Positions 17,875 to 27,706 of a stretch of 33,631 bases of DNA are shown piece after piece (the stretch's first letter is position 1; every line of letters starts with the position of its first letter). Below the pieces are notes generated by a model that was given only the letters and a program-made list of their open reading frames with translations, made no database searches and was not told where the DNA came from. Made by a program: the position numbers and the translations under genes. Source of the stretch: Opitutales bacterium. Lineage in GTDB: Bacteria; Verrucomicrobiota; Verrucomicrobiia; Opitutales; PNEW01. The stretch lies in assembly GCA_965197745.1 (NCBI GenBank), contig CBDANS010000001.1, forward strand, positions 1 to 33,631. Direction: 5' to 3'.

Positions 17875-19134
17875 TTAGTGAACTTGAATTCGATCGTATT
17901 TATCCCATGCCGTAGTATCGGAAAGAATAATCTTATCCCCGGGAACAAGGCCGTCAACTACTTCGATAGTACTTACTGAAGCGCGCCCAAACTGGACTCG
18001 GGTCCGTTCCGCAATTTCACTGTCGGGTAAAAATTTAAAGATCCCCACGGGAGTATCGGACCGTCCGAATACGGGCCGACCGACATAGATGACATCTTCC
18101 AGGTTTTCCAATTCAATTCTGCCTTCCACCGTTAGATCCGGTCGCGCCCCCTTGGGAAGCTCTCCTATTAGTTGAACATCGACCGCTACGCTATTGTTTT
18201 CTACATTTGGGTCGACACGAATCACTATGCCTTCAACATAACCGTTACGTGTATCGATTTCTGCCACCTGCCCTATCTGAACATCCTTAGCCTGAATTTC
18301 AGGAATACGGATAACCGCTTTAAGCTTCTTGGGGTTTGCCACTTGAAATAGACTCTCACCCGCTTTGACCTGCATGCCCTCTTCCACCGATAGACGCTGC
18401 AATACACCTGCAACCGCAGCTTTTACGACCAAACCATCAACCTGACTATTAAATAATTCATAAATAGCACGATCCTGTTCAATTTTTGCCCGTCGAGTTG
18501 CTAATTGTGACTCCAGTGATTCATCTCGCGATGCGACGCGTTGTTTCTCAATATCCCAGCGGGTCGCTAACTGTTCTGCACGAAGGACGGATTTTTTTTG
18601 CTCGAGTTTTGAAATCAACCCTTCTGTGAATAATTCATTATTCACTTCTGCTTCCAACTGCGCTTCCTTGTATTGCGCCTCCAATTGCGCTAACTCGGAC
18701 TTCATCTGAAGCAACTCCCCTTCCAGCTGTACCTTATAGCCTATGAAATCTGCCTCTGTTCCTTTCAATTGTAATTCCGCATTGTTTGCTTCTTGAAGGA
18801 GTTCCGGATTACTGAGTTCGAGGATTATTGTCTCCGGATCAACCCATACACCGGGTAGTTCAATTAATTTCTCAACTCTCCCTGAAGTGCGGGAAGTTAT
18901 CCAGCGGATTTCTTCAGGGAGCAATGTGCCCATCCCCCTAACCTGTCTGAGCATCGTACCTCTGCTCACCTCACCAACCCATACCGACTTGCTGTCGACC
19001 CTGGGAACCGCGGGGTCGAGCATAAAAGTAAAACCCAATCCAGCTATAAGCACTACCGCAATTACAGCAGAGTAGATGATCTGTTTCTTGCGCTTCTTTT
19101 TAAGAAGATCGGGGCGTTGGATGTCCATGGACAT
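17875..19134 (-). CDS. Efflux periplasmic adaptor (HlyD/MacA-type membrane fusion protein)
   Basis: N-terminal TM helix, lipoyl halves (SGRVEKL; GVLQRL.VEEG), a long coiled coil and a C-terminal GLVPGDKII. Confidence 0.93.
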   Translation of the reverse strand: MSMDIQRPDLLKKKRKKQIIYSAVIAVVLIAGLGFTFMLDPAVPRVDSKSVWVGEVSRGTMLRQVRGMGTLLPEEIRWITSRTSGRVEKLIELPGVWVDPETIILELSNPELLQEANNAELQLKGTEADFIGYKVQLEGELLQMKSELAQLEAQYKEAQLEAEVNNELFTEGLISKLEQKKSVLRAEQLATRWDIEKQRVASRDESLESQLATRRAKIEQDRAIYELFNSQVDGLVVKAAVAGVLQRLSVEEGMQVKAGESLFQVANPKKLKAVIRIPEIQAKDVQIGQVAEIDTRNGYVEGIVIRVDPNVENNSVAVDVQLIGELPKGARPDLTVEGRIELENLEDVIYVGRPVFGRSDTPVGIFKFLPDSEIAERTRVQFGRASVSTIEVVDGLVPGDKIILSDTTAWDKYDRIQVH

Positions 19135-19155
19135 TGTAAATATTAAATAAAAAAA

Positions 19156-21858
19156 TTATTCGTTGCGAATTGTCATTACTGGATCAACTCGTGCAGCTAC
19201 TCGCGCTGGCAACCAGGCTGAAAACAAGCCCACGAGGGCGATCAATGTGATTACCACAATATAAACAGTTAAATCATGTGGGGACATATCTTCAAATAGA
19301 CTGTATATTATGCGGGATAGGGCTAAAGAGAACAGCAATCCAATAAATATACCAATGCTTATTTGAACACCGCTCTGCTTAATAATCATCGCAATTATTT
19401 TTTGAGATTCTGCGCCCAATGCTTTGCGGATTCCAATTTCATGAATGCGCTGATTCACTGAAAACGATATGACACCATACACGCCAATGACAGCGACGAG
19501 AAAAGCTATGACACCAAATGCGATGAAAAGCCCAAAGTAAAATTTAACCCATCGGAAGTTATTATCGATAGAACCTTGAACGGTTTTAATTTCATAAATA
19601 GGTTGATTAGGATTTAATTTTTGCAGCTCTTGACGTACTGTTGGTAACCAATTCATTGGATCGCCACCTATTCCTCTTAAAAGGAGAGTCATATGGCGTG
19701 CGGTTATATTAAAAACAAAAGTGGTCTCCTGAGTCATCGGAACATAAAATCCCGAGCCATCGCTACGAACAGTATTTAAACCTTCCATTGTTAAATCTGG
19801 GGCAACACCAACAACGGTTAACCAGGGTCTCTCTGCAGGACGTCTTACTTTAAATCGTTTACCGATAGGATTTTGATTCGGCCAATATTCATTGGCAAAT
19901 ATGGTGTTAACTATTGCTATCTGTTGCGATTCAGCAGTATCGGTATCATTAAATGATCTTCCCTCTAATATAGAGACTCCTAAGAGATCGAAGTAATCGC
20001 TGGAAATACCTGCACAATGAGCTCTCGGGTAATCATCCTCTGTTGCATAGCTCACCCCATCAATCTCAATAAATCTATAAAATATCATCGGTTCAAAACG
20101 CGAAGTAGTAAATGCGACCGCCTCTATACCTGGGGTAGCTTTAAGATTATTTTGAAGAGTTTTTAGAAATGTTATTTTATCCAGATCACCAGGATAGTCT
20201 GTGTCGAATAATGAAGTGCTAGCCATGAATATGTTTTCAGGGTTATAGGGTAAATCGATTTCGTTTAGCTTAAACATTGATTTTAACATCAATCCCGATA
20301 CAATAAGGAGAGCACAGGATAGGGCTATTTGCACTATGACTAAAAATTTACCAAATCGACCTGAATGTGTACTGGAAGAAGTACGGGCGTTTTCCTTTAG
20401 TAGTTGATTTACATCTGTCTTCGATACCTGAAGTGCTGGCACAATACCCGAGATAACACCTGTCAGAACAGTTAGACCAATTACAAAGAAAAACACGGTC
20501 CCATCCAATTCAAAATTTATCCAGGAAGGGTATTGTACTCCCTGAATCATGACCGCATAATAATTCCATAAAAATTTTAAAGCCACAATCGCAATAAGAA
20601 AGCCACCAACTGTACCTATTATTGATGTTAACAGACTCTCGGTTAGGATTTGAGTGATAATCCTTTTCCTGGGTGCGCCAATAGCGCTGCGTATGGCGAG
20701 TTCCTTGCTGCGCAGGATAGATCTGGAAAAAAGCAAATTCGCTACATTAGAACAGGCGATGATCAACACCATGAATGCTGCTACAAGCATTGTTAAAAAT
20801 CGTAATCGTACACTCGATTCATCGCCTAAAAATTCTTTAATATAAGGTTTAATCTCGATAGAATTATATCCCTTATTACTTTCAGGATATTCCTGTTCCA
20901 ATCGGCCGGCTATTCCGTTAAATTCTGTTAATGCTTCGTCAACGGTGACGCCGTCTTTCAACCTACCAAATACAGTCAATTTATCACTATTTTTTCTTGA
21001 TACTAACGATAAGTTTTTGTGGTGAGGAAACCAAAGTTCTGCGCTCCTGGGAAACTTAAATTCCTGGGGCATCACGCCTACGACGGTATACGGTAAACCG
21101 TTTAAAAGCATAGATCGACCAATAATGTCAGCTACACCGCTAAAGTCTTTTTGCCAGATTCCGTAGCTGATAATCACTACAGGATCGGCGCCAGGCAGAT
21201 CTTCATCCTTTAAAAACCCACGCCCTAATAGAGGGTTGACACGGAGCAATTCAAGGAAATTAGTGGAGATTGAACAACCGTTATAACGCCGTGCGTAATC
21301 ATCACCTTTTATATTTATCGATTCATTATCGGATCCACTAAGCCCTTCAAAGGTTGTCTGTTGTTCCTGGAAATCATTAAGGTCATAAGCATTTATCAAT
21401 AATTCGGGCCTGGATTTATGCGCGTGGCTATCGACATTATCCCATTTTAAATGAAATAGACGGTCTGATTCTTCAAAGGGTAAACCTCTAATAATAAACC
21501 CATTTACGATGCTAAATACAGTTGTTACCAATCCAATACCAATCGATATAGCAAGTATTACTACTATACTAAAATTTACATTCTTCAATAACTGTCGGAA
21601 GCCATATCTAACGTCGTACCAAAAATTACTTGCAATACGTACACCCCAAGAGTCTATACACTCTTCTTTAATTTGACTGACTCCTCCAAATTCTCTTAGG
21701 GCTGCGTTTCTTGCTTCTTCGGGACTCATGCCAGAAGTAATATTTTCTTCAATCTGCATCTCCAAATGAGATTGTAATTCGTCTTCCAAGTCCTGCCGTT
21801 TTGAGGCTCCATATAACAGAGCCTTAAAACGGAAAAATACTCTCTTTAACAAAGTCAT
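19156..21858 (-). CDS. ABC transporter permease (ADOP-type) with N-terminal permease-prefix domain
   Basis: N-terminal DLEDELQSHLEM...GMSPEEAR.AALREFG prefix, then duplicated MacB_PCD/FtsX. Confidence 0.95.
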   Translation of the reverse strand: MTLLKRVFFRFKALLYGASKRQDLEDELQSHLEMQIEENITSGMSPEEARNAALREFGGVSQIKEECIDSWGVRIASNFWYDVRYGFRQLLKNVNFSIVVILAISIGIGLVTTVFSIVNGFIIRGLPFEESDRLFHLKWDNVDSHAHKSRPELLINAYDLNDFQEQQTTFEGLSGSDNESINIKGDDYARRYNGCSISTNFLELLRVNPLLGRGFLKDEDLPGADPVVIISYGIWQKDFSGVADIIGRSMLLNGLPYTVVGVMPQEFKFPRSAELWFPHHKNLSLVSRKNSDKLTVFGRLKDGVTVDEALTEFNGIAGRLEQEYPESNKGYNSIEIKPYIKEFLGDESSVRLRFLTMLVAAFMVLIIACSNVANLLFSRSILRSKELAIRSAIGAPRKRIITQILTESLLTSIIGTVGGFLIAIVALKFLWNYYAVMIQGVQYPSWINFELDGTVFFFVIGLTVLTGVISGIVPALQVSKTDVNQLLKENARTSSSTHSGRFGKFLVIVQIALSCALLIVSGLMLKSMFKLNEIDLPYNPENIFMASTSLFDTDYPGDLDKITFLKTLQNNLKATPGIEAVAFTTSRFEPMIFYRFIEIDGVSYATEDDYPRAHCAGISSDYFDLLGVSILEGRSFNDTDTAESQQIAIVNTIFANEYWPNQNPIGKRFKVRRPAERPWLTVVGVAPDLTMEGLNTVRSDGSGFYVPMTQETTFVFNITARHMTLLLRGIGGDPMNWLPTVRQELQKLNPNQPIYEIKTVQGSIDNNFRWVKFYFGLFIAFGVIAFLVAVIGVYGVISFSVNQRIHEIGIRKALGAESQKIIAMIIKQSGVQISIGIFIGLLFSLALSRIIYSLFEDMSPHDLTVYIVVITLIALVGLFSAWLPARVAARVDPVMTIRNE

Positions 21859-21870
21859 GGGCTGCTTAGT

Positions 21871-22206
21871 CTATCCATATTGCATGATCTGATTGATAGC
21901 CCTCGTGAACTGTTTCCAATAGGCTGTTTCTTCTTCGACCTGTTTTTTTCCTGACTTGGTCAGCTTATAAAATTTGGCTCGGCGCTTAGTCTCCGTGATG
22001 CCCCATTTAGCTTTAATTAATCCTCTTTCCTCCAAGCGATGGAGAGCCGGATAGAGCGACCCCTGTCGGATCCTCAATACGTCCTTGGAAATCAGTTCAA
22101 TTCTCTTCGCTATGCTGTAGCCGTGCCTGTCTCCAGAGCGTAGGATACGCAGAATGATCAAGTTTAAAGTTCCTTGTAATAATTCAGTTTTATTTAATTC
22201 CATCAC
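21871..22206 (-). CDS. PadR-family transcriptional regulator
   Basis: LLQGTL.L.IL, HGYSI, GSLYPALHRLE, RRAKFY.LT..G. The start could be ATG at 22203. Confidence 0.95.
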   Translation of the reverse strand: MMELNKTELLQGTLNLIILRILRSGDRHGYSIAKRIELISKDVLRIRQGSLYPALHRLEERGLIKAKWGITETKRRAKFYKLTKSGKKQVEEETAYWKQFTRAINQIMQYG

Positions 22207-22238
22207 TATATATAGTATAACTACATATAGAATGTCAA
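22206..22238 (-). promoter_or_regulatory. Candidate promoter and PadR operator
   Basis: Minus strand TTGACA (22238-22233), then two palindromic boxes CTATATGTAG and CTATATATAG (15-bp period) abutting the start codon. Confidence 0.6.
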
Positions 22239-22288
22239 CCTATTTAAGAGAAAATTATTAACTGCTTATGTATACATCACTTTGGGAT

Positions 22289-23611
22289 TGGTCAGGTTAC
22301 GCAAACTGGTCCACCGGGAGAGTTAGTCTGGAGAGGTTAATGTTGAAGTTAAGTTGGTAGAGGAAGTCAAGGCTTGGGCGCAATGAGGGCGTAGCCCGAA
22401 TGGAGCCCAAGCCTTTGGTATTAATGTCTTCAGCGAAGCACCGTGGGGTGATATTGCCGAGGCTGCGGTGGGGTCGGACATTATTGTAAAGCCAGCGCCA
22501 GTCCTCGATCACCACGCGGGCTTCGGTCAAAGTCCATAGCTGTTCACGGTTTAAACACTCCTCGCGAAAACGGGCATGCAACGATTCGATGTATCCGTTC
22601 TGCCAAGGGCTTCCTGGTTCGATATAGAGGGTTTTGATTTTATTTTCATCGCAGTTAGCCAGGCTCTCAATTCCTTTTCAATGAATGGCTTCGCATGTCG
22701 TCGCTTCGCTCCTCGGAACGGAACCGTTGTCACTGCGAATATATTGTGGCGGCCCATGACGGGCAAGCAGTTTTTGCATGATACCGCGCACCGTTTCCGC
22801 ATCGATATGGCGATCAACATGGATCACTCGACACTCGCGGGTGTACTCATCGAGCACGGTCAACATTTTTAAACTGCCACCGCGGACCGTTTTGTCGTGG
22901 ATAAAATCCCAGGTCCAAACCTGGCCGGGATGTTCGGCCTTGGTCGGCAGCCCGGTGGAAACACCCCTGCGCCGACGTCTTGGCTTGCGTGGGGGGATCG
23001 CCAGGGCCAGTTCGCGTCGTAGACGTTGCACGAGACGTTTACCCACCTCCCAGCCTTCGTCTTTCAACAGCTTCGTGATCTTCGGATAGCCCCACCTCGC
23101 GTATTGCCGTGATAACCGCCTTACTGCCGCCTTCAGTTTCATTAACCAGGCATCCGGATGCTTCGCCTTATACGCATAGGTGCAACGGTGCAGCCGAAAG
23201 TACCGGCACCCCGCTCGCATCGAACACTGGCCCCGAGCCACAAGTCTCTCTGCCACTTGCCGCTTGTGCCCAGGGCTTACAGTTTTTTTTCGAGGGTCTC
23301 CTGCAGGATCTCTATCCCCAGCAGCTTGTCCGCCAGCATCCGTTTTAACCGCGCGTTCTCCTTCAAAGAGCTCCTTCATCCGCTTGGCCTGGTCGACATC
23401 AATCATCCCAAACTCACGCTTCCAGCGGTGGAAGCTCTGTTCGCTTATGTTGTTCTCGCGGCATGCTTCCAGGATCGTTTTTCCTTTGTCCGCCTGCCGC
23501 AGCATCCGTATTTTCTCTTCAGTTGTGTATCTTTTGCCTTTCATTGTCTGAGTCCTTTCTAGGTTACCCAGACTAACTTTTCAACTGTCCCAGTTTTCGT
23601 GGTTACGACCA
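22289..23611 (-). mobile_element. IS3-family insertion sequence, copy 2 (diverged from copy 1), inactivated
   Basis: IRs TGGTCAGGTTACGCAAACTGGTCC and TGGTCGTAACCACGAAAACTGGGAC. It has a +1 frameshift in orfA (ELFEGER), the same insert after DNGS, and a small indel near 22640. Confidence 0.93.
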
Positions 23612-24255
23612 CTGCCTTTATCATTGATTGAGATTCCGTTTTATCTCTATATTTGGGAATTATGCATTTAAGTTGATGGACTACCATTCCTGCTGGAGTT
23701 CGCTTATACTGTATGAGCGCGGAGTGCGTCGATTCTTGTGAGATGGAAAGCAACTCACTGATCTATAAAAAACAGGTTTGTGTTCCAGGAAAGATGTCAG
23801 CTGACAAGTAAACTATAGATATTAATTAAAAGGAGGGGCCAAAAAGGAAATTTAAATAAAGGAAAGTATTAAATAAGATGAATCCTCAAACTATTAGTTC
23901 AATAGTGCATTTTACCTGTGATCAGAAAAACTAATCTGAAACCTGAGCTTCTGAATCTGTTTGATCGGGGTATCTGGAGAATCCATTACAGCTACCGGTG
24001 CGATTAAACTTCCCTATACTGGGCAAATAAATAATTGTTTTTTCTCACTAGAGTTACTTAATTGAATTTAAATCCACTCAAAAATTCTTGCCCGATTCCT
24101 GGCTGAAGATCAACAAAAAAGTATGATTCCTGCCAAACATTTTGAGGCAAAGTCAGGAAATCAGAGGAAAATATAAATTATTATTGTACCGTTATTTAAG
24201 TGTAACTAATTGTTATTAAGTAGCTTATAAGGCATTATTGAGTCCCGTTCATAGT

Positions 24256-24564
24256 CGGTTACATCGAATCGTTGCATGCCCGTTTTCGCGAGGAGTGTTT
24301 AAACCGTGAACAGCTATGGACTTTTACCGAAGCCCGCGTAGTCATTGAGGATTGGTGCTGGTTTTACAATCATCTCCGTCCTCCACCGCAGTCTCGGCAA
24401 TATTACCCCAAAGGGCTTCGTGAAGACATCAATACCGTAGGTTCGGGCTCCATTCGGGCTACGCCCTCATTGCGCCCAAGCCTTGACTTCCTCTACCAAC
24501 TTAACTTCAACATTAACCTCTCCAGACTAATTCTCCCTGTGGTCCAGTTTGAGTAACCCGGTCA
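24256..24564 (+). mobile_element. 3' fragment of the same IS3 element (OrfB C-terminus plus IRR), opposite orientation
   Basis: GYIESLHARFREECLNREQLWT...; ends GGTCCAGTTTGAGTAACCCGGTCA. Confidence 0.88.
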
Positions 24565-24626
24565 AGAGAAACTCTAAGTTCGTAATATTGATCCTTCAAC
24601 TCAACGATTAAATACTTTAGGATTTT

Positions 24627-25145
24627 ATGAACCATAATTCATTGTTCGTGGTACGTAAATGTTTAGAGACTGATGTGGATGAAATAGCCAAAGCCCATAT
24701 CGACTCAATACAATCAATTAGCTCATATTTATACTCACCTGAACTCATCGCAGATTGGATTGCTGTAAATCCAATAAACGGGCAAAGGTACATCGACGCA
24801 ATAAATCAAGGTGCAGTTATACATGTTGCAGAAGGAAAGAACGGAGAAATTTTAGGGTTTTCCGAGGTACATCATGTTAAGGATCGTCAACACAATGCAG
24901 CGGTTTTCGTATGTGGAAAGGCAACCAGAAAAGGAGTTGGCACTGCACTTTATCAAGCTGCAGAGACCATTGCAGTTCGATCTGGTGCTCACAGTATAGA
25001 ATTAAATGCGTCTCTTGCTGCAGTGGAGTTTTACAAAGCCCAGGATTTTGAAGAATATGAACAAGTGGAAATCGCGATTTCACCAGATAAATTTTTGCAA
25101 GGTATGCGTATGAGAAAAAACTTATCATGTGACAAGGACGGTTAA
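24627..25145 (+). CDS. GNAT-family N-acetyltransferase
   Basis: VFVCGKATRKGVGTALY acetyl-CoA motif and ASLAAVEFY..QDF. Confidence 0.9.
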   Translation: MNHNSLFVVRKCLETDVDEIAKAHIDSIQSISSYLYSPELIADWIAVNPINGQRYIDAINQGAVIHVAEGKNGEILGFSEVHHVKDRQHNAAVFVCGKATRKGVGTALYQAAETIAVRSGAHSIELNASLAAVEFYKAQDFEEYEQVEIAISPDKFLQGMRMRKNLSCDKDG

Positions 25146-25234
25146 CAAAATTTCGGATACGGGTATTAGTTAATGTCAAAATCCTCGGTCAAATTCATCT
25201 ATTTCGATTTGGGATAGACATTAATTGATGAAAC

Positions 25235-25484
25235 TTCTTTTTCCAACACTTTAAATCGCTTCGCATCGGCAAGCTCCAAGTTGCCATACTTTTTACCCCA
25301 GCGATAGAAGGTCTGTTCACTTACGTTGTTACCACGCCAGATTTCCTCTACCGTTTTATCGGTATCGGCTTGCCGCAGTATTGCGATGATCTGTTCTGTT
25401 GTGTATCTTTTTCTTTTCATTGAGGTTATCTGTTTATCTCGATAACCTCTCTCTGTAAATGATACGATTTTGGGGGTCACTCCA
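25235..25484 (-). mobile_element. 5' fragment of another IS3 element (IRL plus truncated OrfA)
   Basis: IRL TGGAGTGACCCCCAAAATCGTATCA, then MKRKRYTTEQIIAILRQAD...VSEQTFYRW...LEKE, truncated. Confidence 0.82.
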
Positions 25485-25497
25485 ATACCATTAACAT

Positions 25498-25546
25498 CCG
25501 GTAACTCTCTCACTTAATAAGTGATACGAATAACGGGGTCCGATCA
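25498..25546 (+). mobile_element. Orphan IS3-type right end
   Basis: CCGGTAACTCTCTCAC...TACGAATAACGGGGTCCGATCA, homologous to the reverse complement of 32842-32889. Confidence 0.65.
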
Positions 25547-26169
25547 TCCTCGAAATACGGCTTGGGGTTATCGCAGCCCGGGTCCTCTATCCAGTTTCCG
25601 CCCGGTGTGTCGCGTGTGACGGGCACACTGTGGTCGAGAAACATGGTCACGTAAATCGGCAAAACTTCGTACTCGATATCCGTATGCCACGCAAAATTCC
25701 CCCTCTTCCGTCTTCTCGTTGAAATTAGATACCACCAGTACGGTCGGCGACTCATGCGGCAGGCACTGCAACCTGTTGGGAAAAAATCTTATCGACCGCG
25801 TCCACCCTCCGCTTCTCGTACTGGACCCACTCGATTGGACCGTCGCTGGCTCCGTCATCTTGCGCCAGTTTGCCCCCGCGCATGAAATTGTTCGAGTGCG
25901 GAATCGGTGCGCCCCAGTGGTTGGCAAAGCGCTCAAAGTGAGCAAGAGGAAACCGAGTCAAATCCTGACCTGCTATGCACACAATCCGAAACTCGCTCAA
26001 TGCGTCGAGCAGAAAATCAACCTGGTCCTCGCTCAACTGACTGCACAGGTCGATACCGGTGAAGCGCACTCCAGCTCCATTTGGGCCATAAGGTTTTCAC
26101 TGTACGCGTCGCCGCCAAACAGCTCTGCAACCGCCGTTCCATTTGCTGATTTTTCGTTCCATCGTTCAT
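25547..26169 (-). pseudogene. TauD/TfdA-family dioxygenase, frameshifted and truncated
   Basis: G.RFTGIDL..QLS....L..AL......GQDL, then AWHTDIEY (HxD) in a different frame. It is cut at the IS end at 25546. Confidence 0.8.
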
Positions 26170-27170
26170 AATTGTCTCTTCATTTAATGCTATGAACTAA
26201 AACAAAAGAAAGCAAAAAGGAGTCGGGTTTTGTATGTGAGCAGTCGTCCCGCAGTTGCGGGACATAGGGCAGCAGGACGATAGTTTCCGTCCATGACTTA
26301 ATTCCGTCAATGTTGATCTGTTTTCTCTCCTATTAAATCTTCCCCATGCAACCAACGAAATCCAACGGGCCATCCACGACTACCCATCTCTAAAATGGAA
26401 TGGCAATAGTCATTGATACCGCTCGTGGTGTAGTCAAAATCATTACTCTGCCAGACAAAATAATTTACAATGCCCGCACCTGTAAATTGACCAACGCTGG
26501 TACAAAAAGCTGTAGGACACTGGTGCAACTCAATCAAGGAGGGCTGATTCATTAAATCCCACGTTGATGCCGGTGATCCATCAGGATGTCTATAGACTAC
26601 AGCAGTTGAAGAGTCTACCGCACCTCACTTTCCTCTGCGATACGCCTCGATAATTACATGACCGTTGTATGCTTGATTGGTATTATATAAGTTTAGGCGT
26701 TTATACCGTCAACATACGGAAAAATAACAACAGAAAGGATATATAAAATGATTGAAATAATGATGGATAAGAAAACTGATTCAAGAATCAGAAAGCAAGA
26801 CAAAGAACTTATATGAGAATTAGCGCAGCTATGGCTCATAACCATGAAAGATTCAAAGAGATGGTTTTGGACCCTTGCGCTCAGAGTGAAAATGAGAAAC
26901 AAGCTCGGTTGTGCGTACACAGTGTCAGGATATTTTTTTGTTGGGGAAGTTTTAGCTGAATGTAATTTCTCTATAGCAACTACAAAAGCTCACTCACCCT
27001 TATTCCTAATTCTAATATTCCTATCTATTCCTATCAATTTACACGCATTTAAATTCCTAATCATGCCTTTGCTTACTAATTAAAGATTAGACATATCAAA
27101 TACATTAATTTATGGAAGTAAGGTATTTACATAATAAATAAGTTCTTAGGAAATATTCCTTATATGTCTA

Positions 27171-27440
27171 TTGTATCGGTTCGCCTACCGTGGCGACTTG
27201 GATACAGTAAACCTCCTCCTGGAATTCGGTGCCGAGATCGATCCCATCGATATGGAATACCAATCAACACCTCTAGGCTTTGCCGCGAGAGGCGGACAAG
27301 TCGAAGTGGTCAAACGCCTACTCGCTGCTGGAGCTGATCCCAACCTCCCCGAGCACCCGTTCTGGGCAAAGCCGCTCACCTAGGCGAAGGCAAGGAACCA
27401 CCCGGAAGTGGTGGGGATATTGGAGAAGAGAGTGAACAGT
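27171..27440 (+). pseudogene. Ankyrin-repeat protein C-terminal fragment with an in-frame TAG
   Basis: AYRGDLDTVNLLLEFGA, TPLGFAARGGQVEVVKRLLAAGADPN, KPLT*AKARNHPEVVGIL. Confidence 0.82.
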
Positions 27441-27499
27441 GAGGGAAGCCGGAGGACCGGAGGCAAATTATGTATTAGGGATTAAGAATTATGAATTAG

Positions 27500-27575
27500 G
27501 GTGGAATGTGATGTCCCTACCGCGTTCAAATTAAGTAATAAAAAAAGAAGCGCGCTAGGGACAGCGCGCTCCACC
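27500..27575. repeat. REP/REPIN-like inverted pair
   Basis: GGTGGAATGTGATGTCCCTACCGCGTT...AAGCGCGCTAGGGACAGCGCGCTCCACC. The right unit is itself a hairpin with a GTGG foot on the minus strand. Confidence 0.55.
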
Positions 27576-27706
27576 TCTCACCTAACACCTAAAACTTAAA
27601 ACGCGCAACAGCGCTTCCTCCCTAAATAATATAAAATTTGACGGGTGATCGTTCTCTTTATTATAAATTTCAATCCTTTGAAGTTTAATTTATTAAAGAG
27701 CTCTCT

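Noticed and set aside
22678..23544. Natural in-frame OrfAB fusion
   Set aside because: The fusion arises from a +1 lesion inside orfA that scrambles its C-terminus, and it still ends at the insert.
26307..27083. Short ORFs on both strands
   Set aside because: They have no recognisable motifs; probably decayed sequence.
340..27383. Stop-codon reassignment suggested by several in-frame stops
   Set aside because: The stops are of all three types at positions expecting different residues (TAG for likely Glu and Trp, plus TGA and TAA), and intact genes use all three as terminators. This is ordinary decay.
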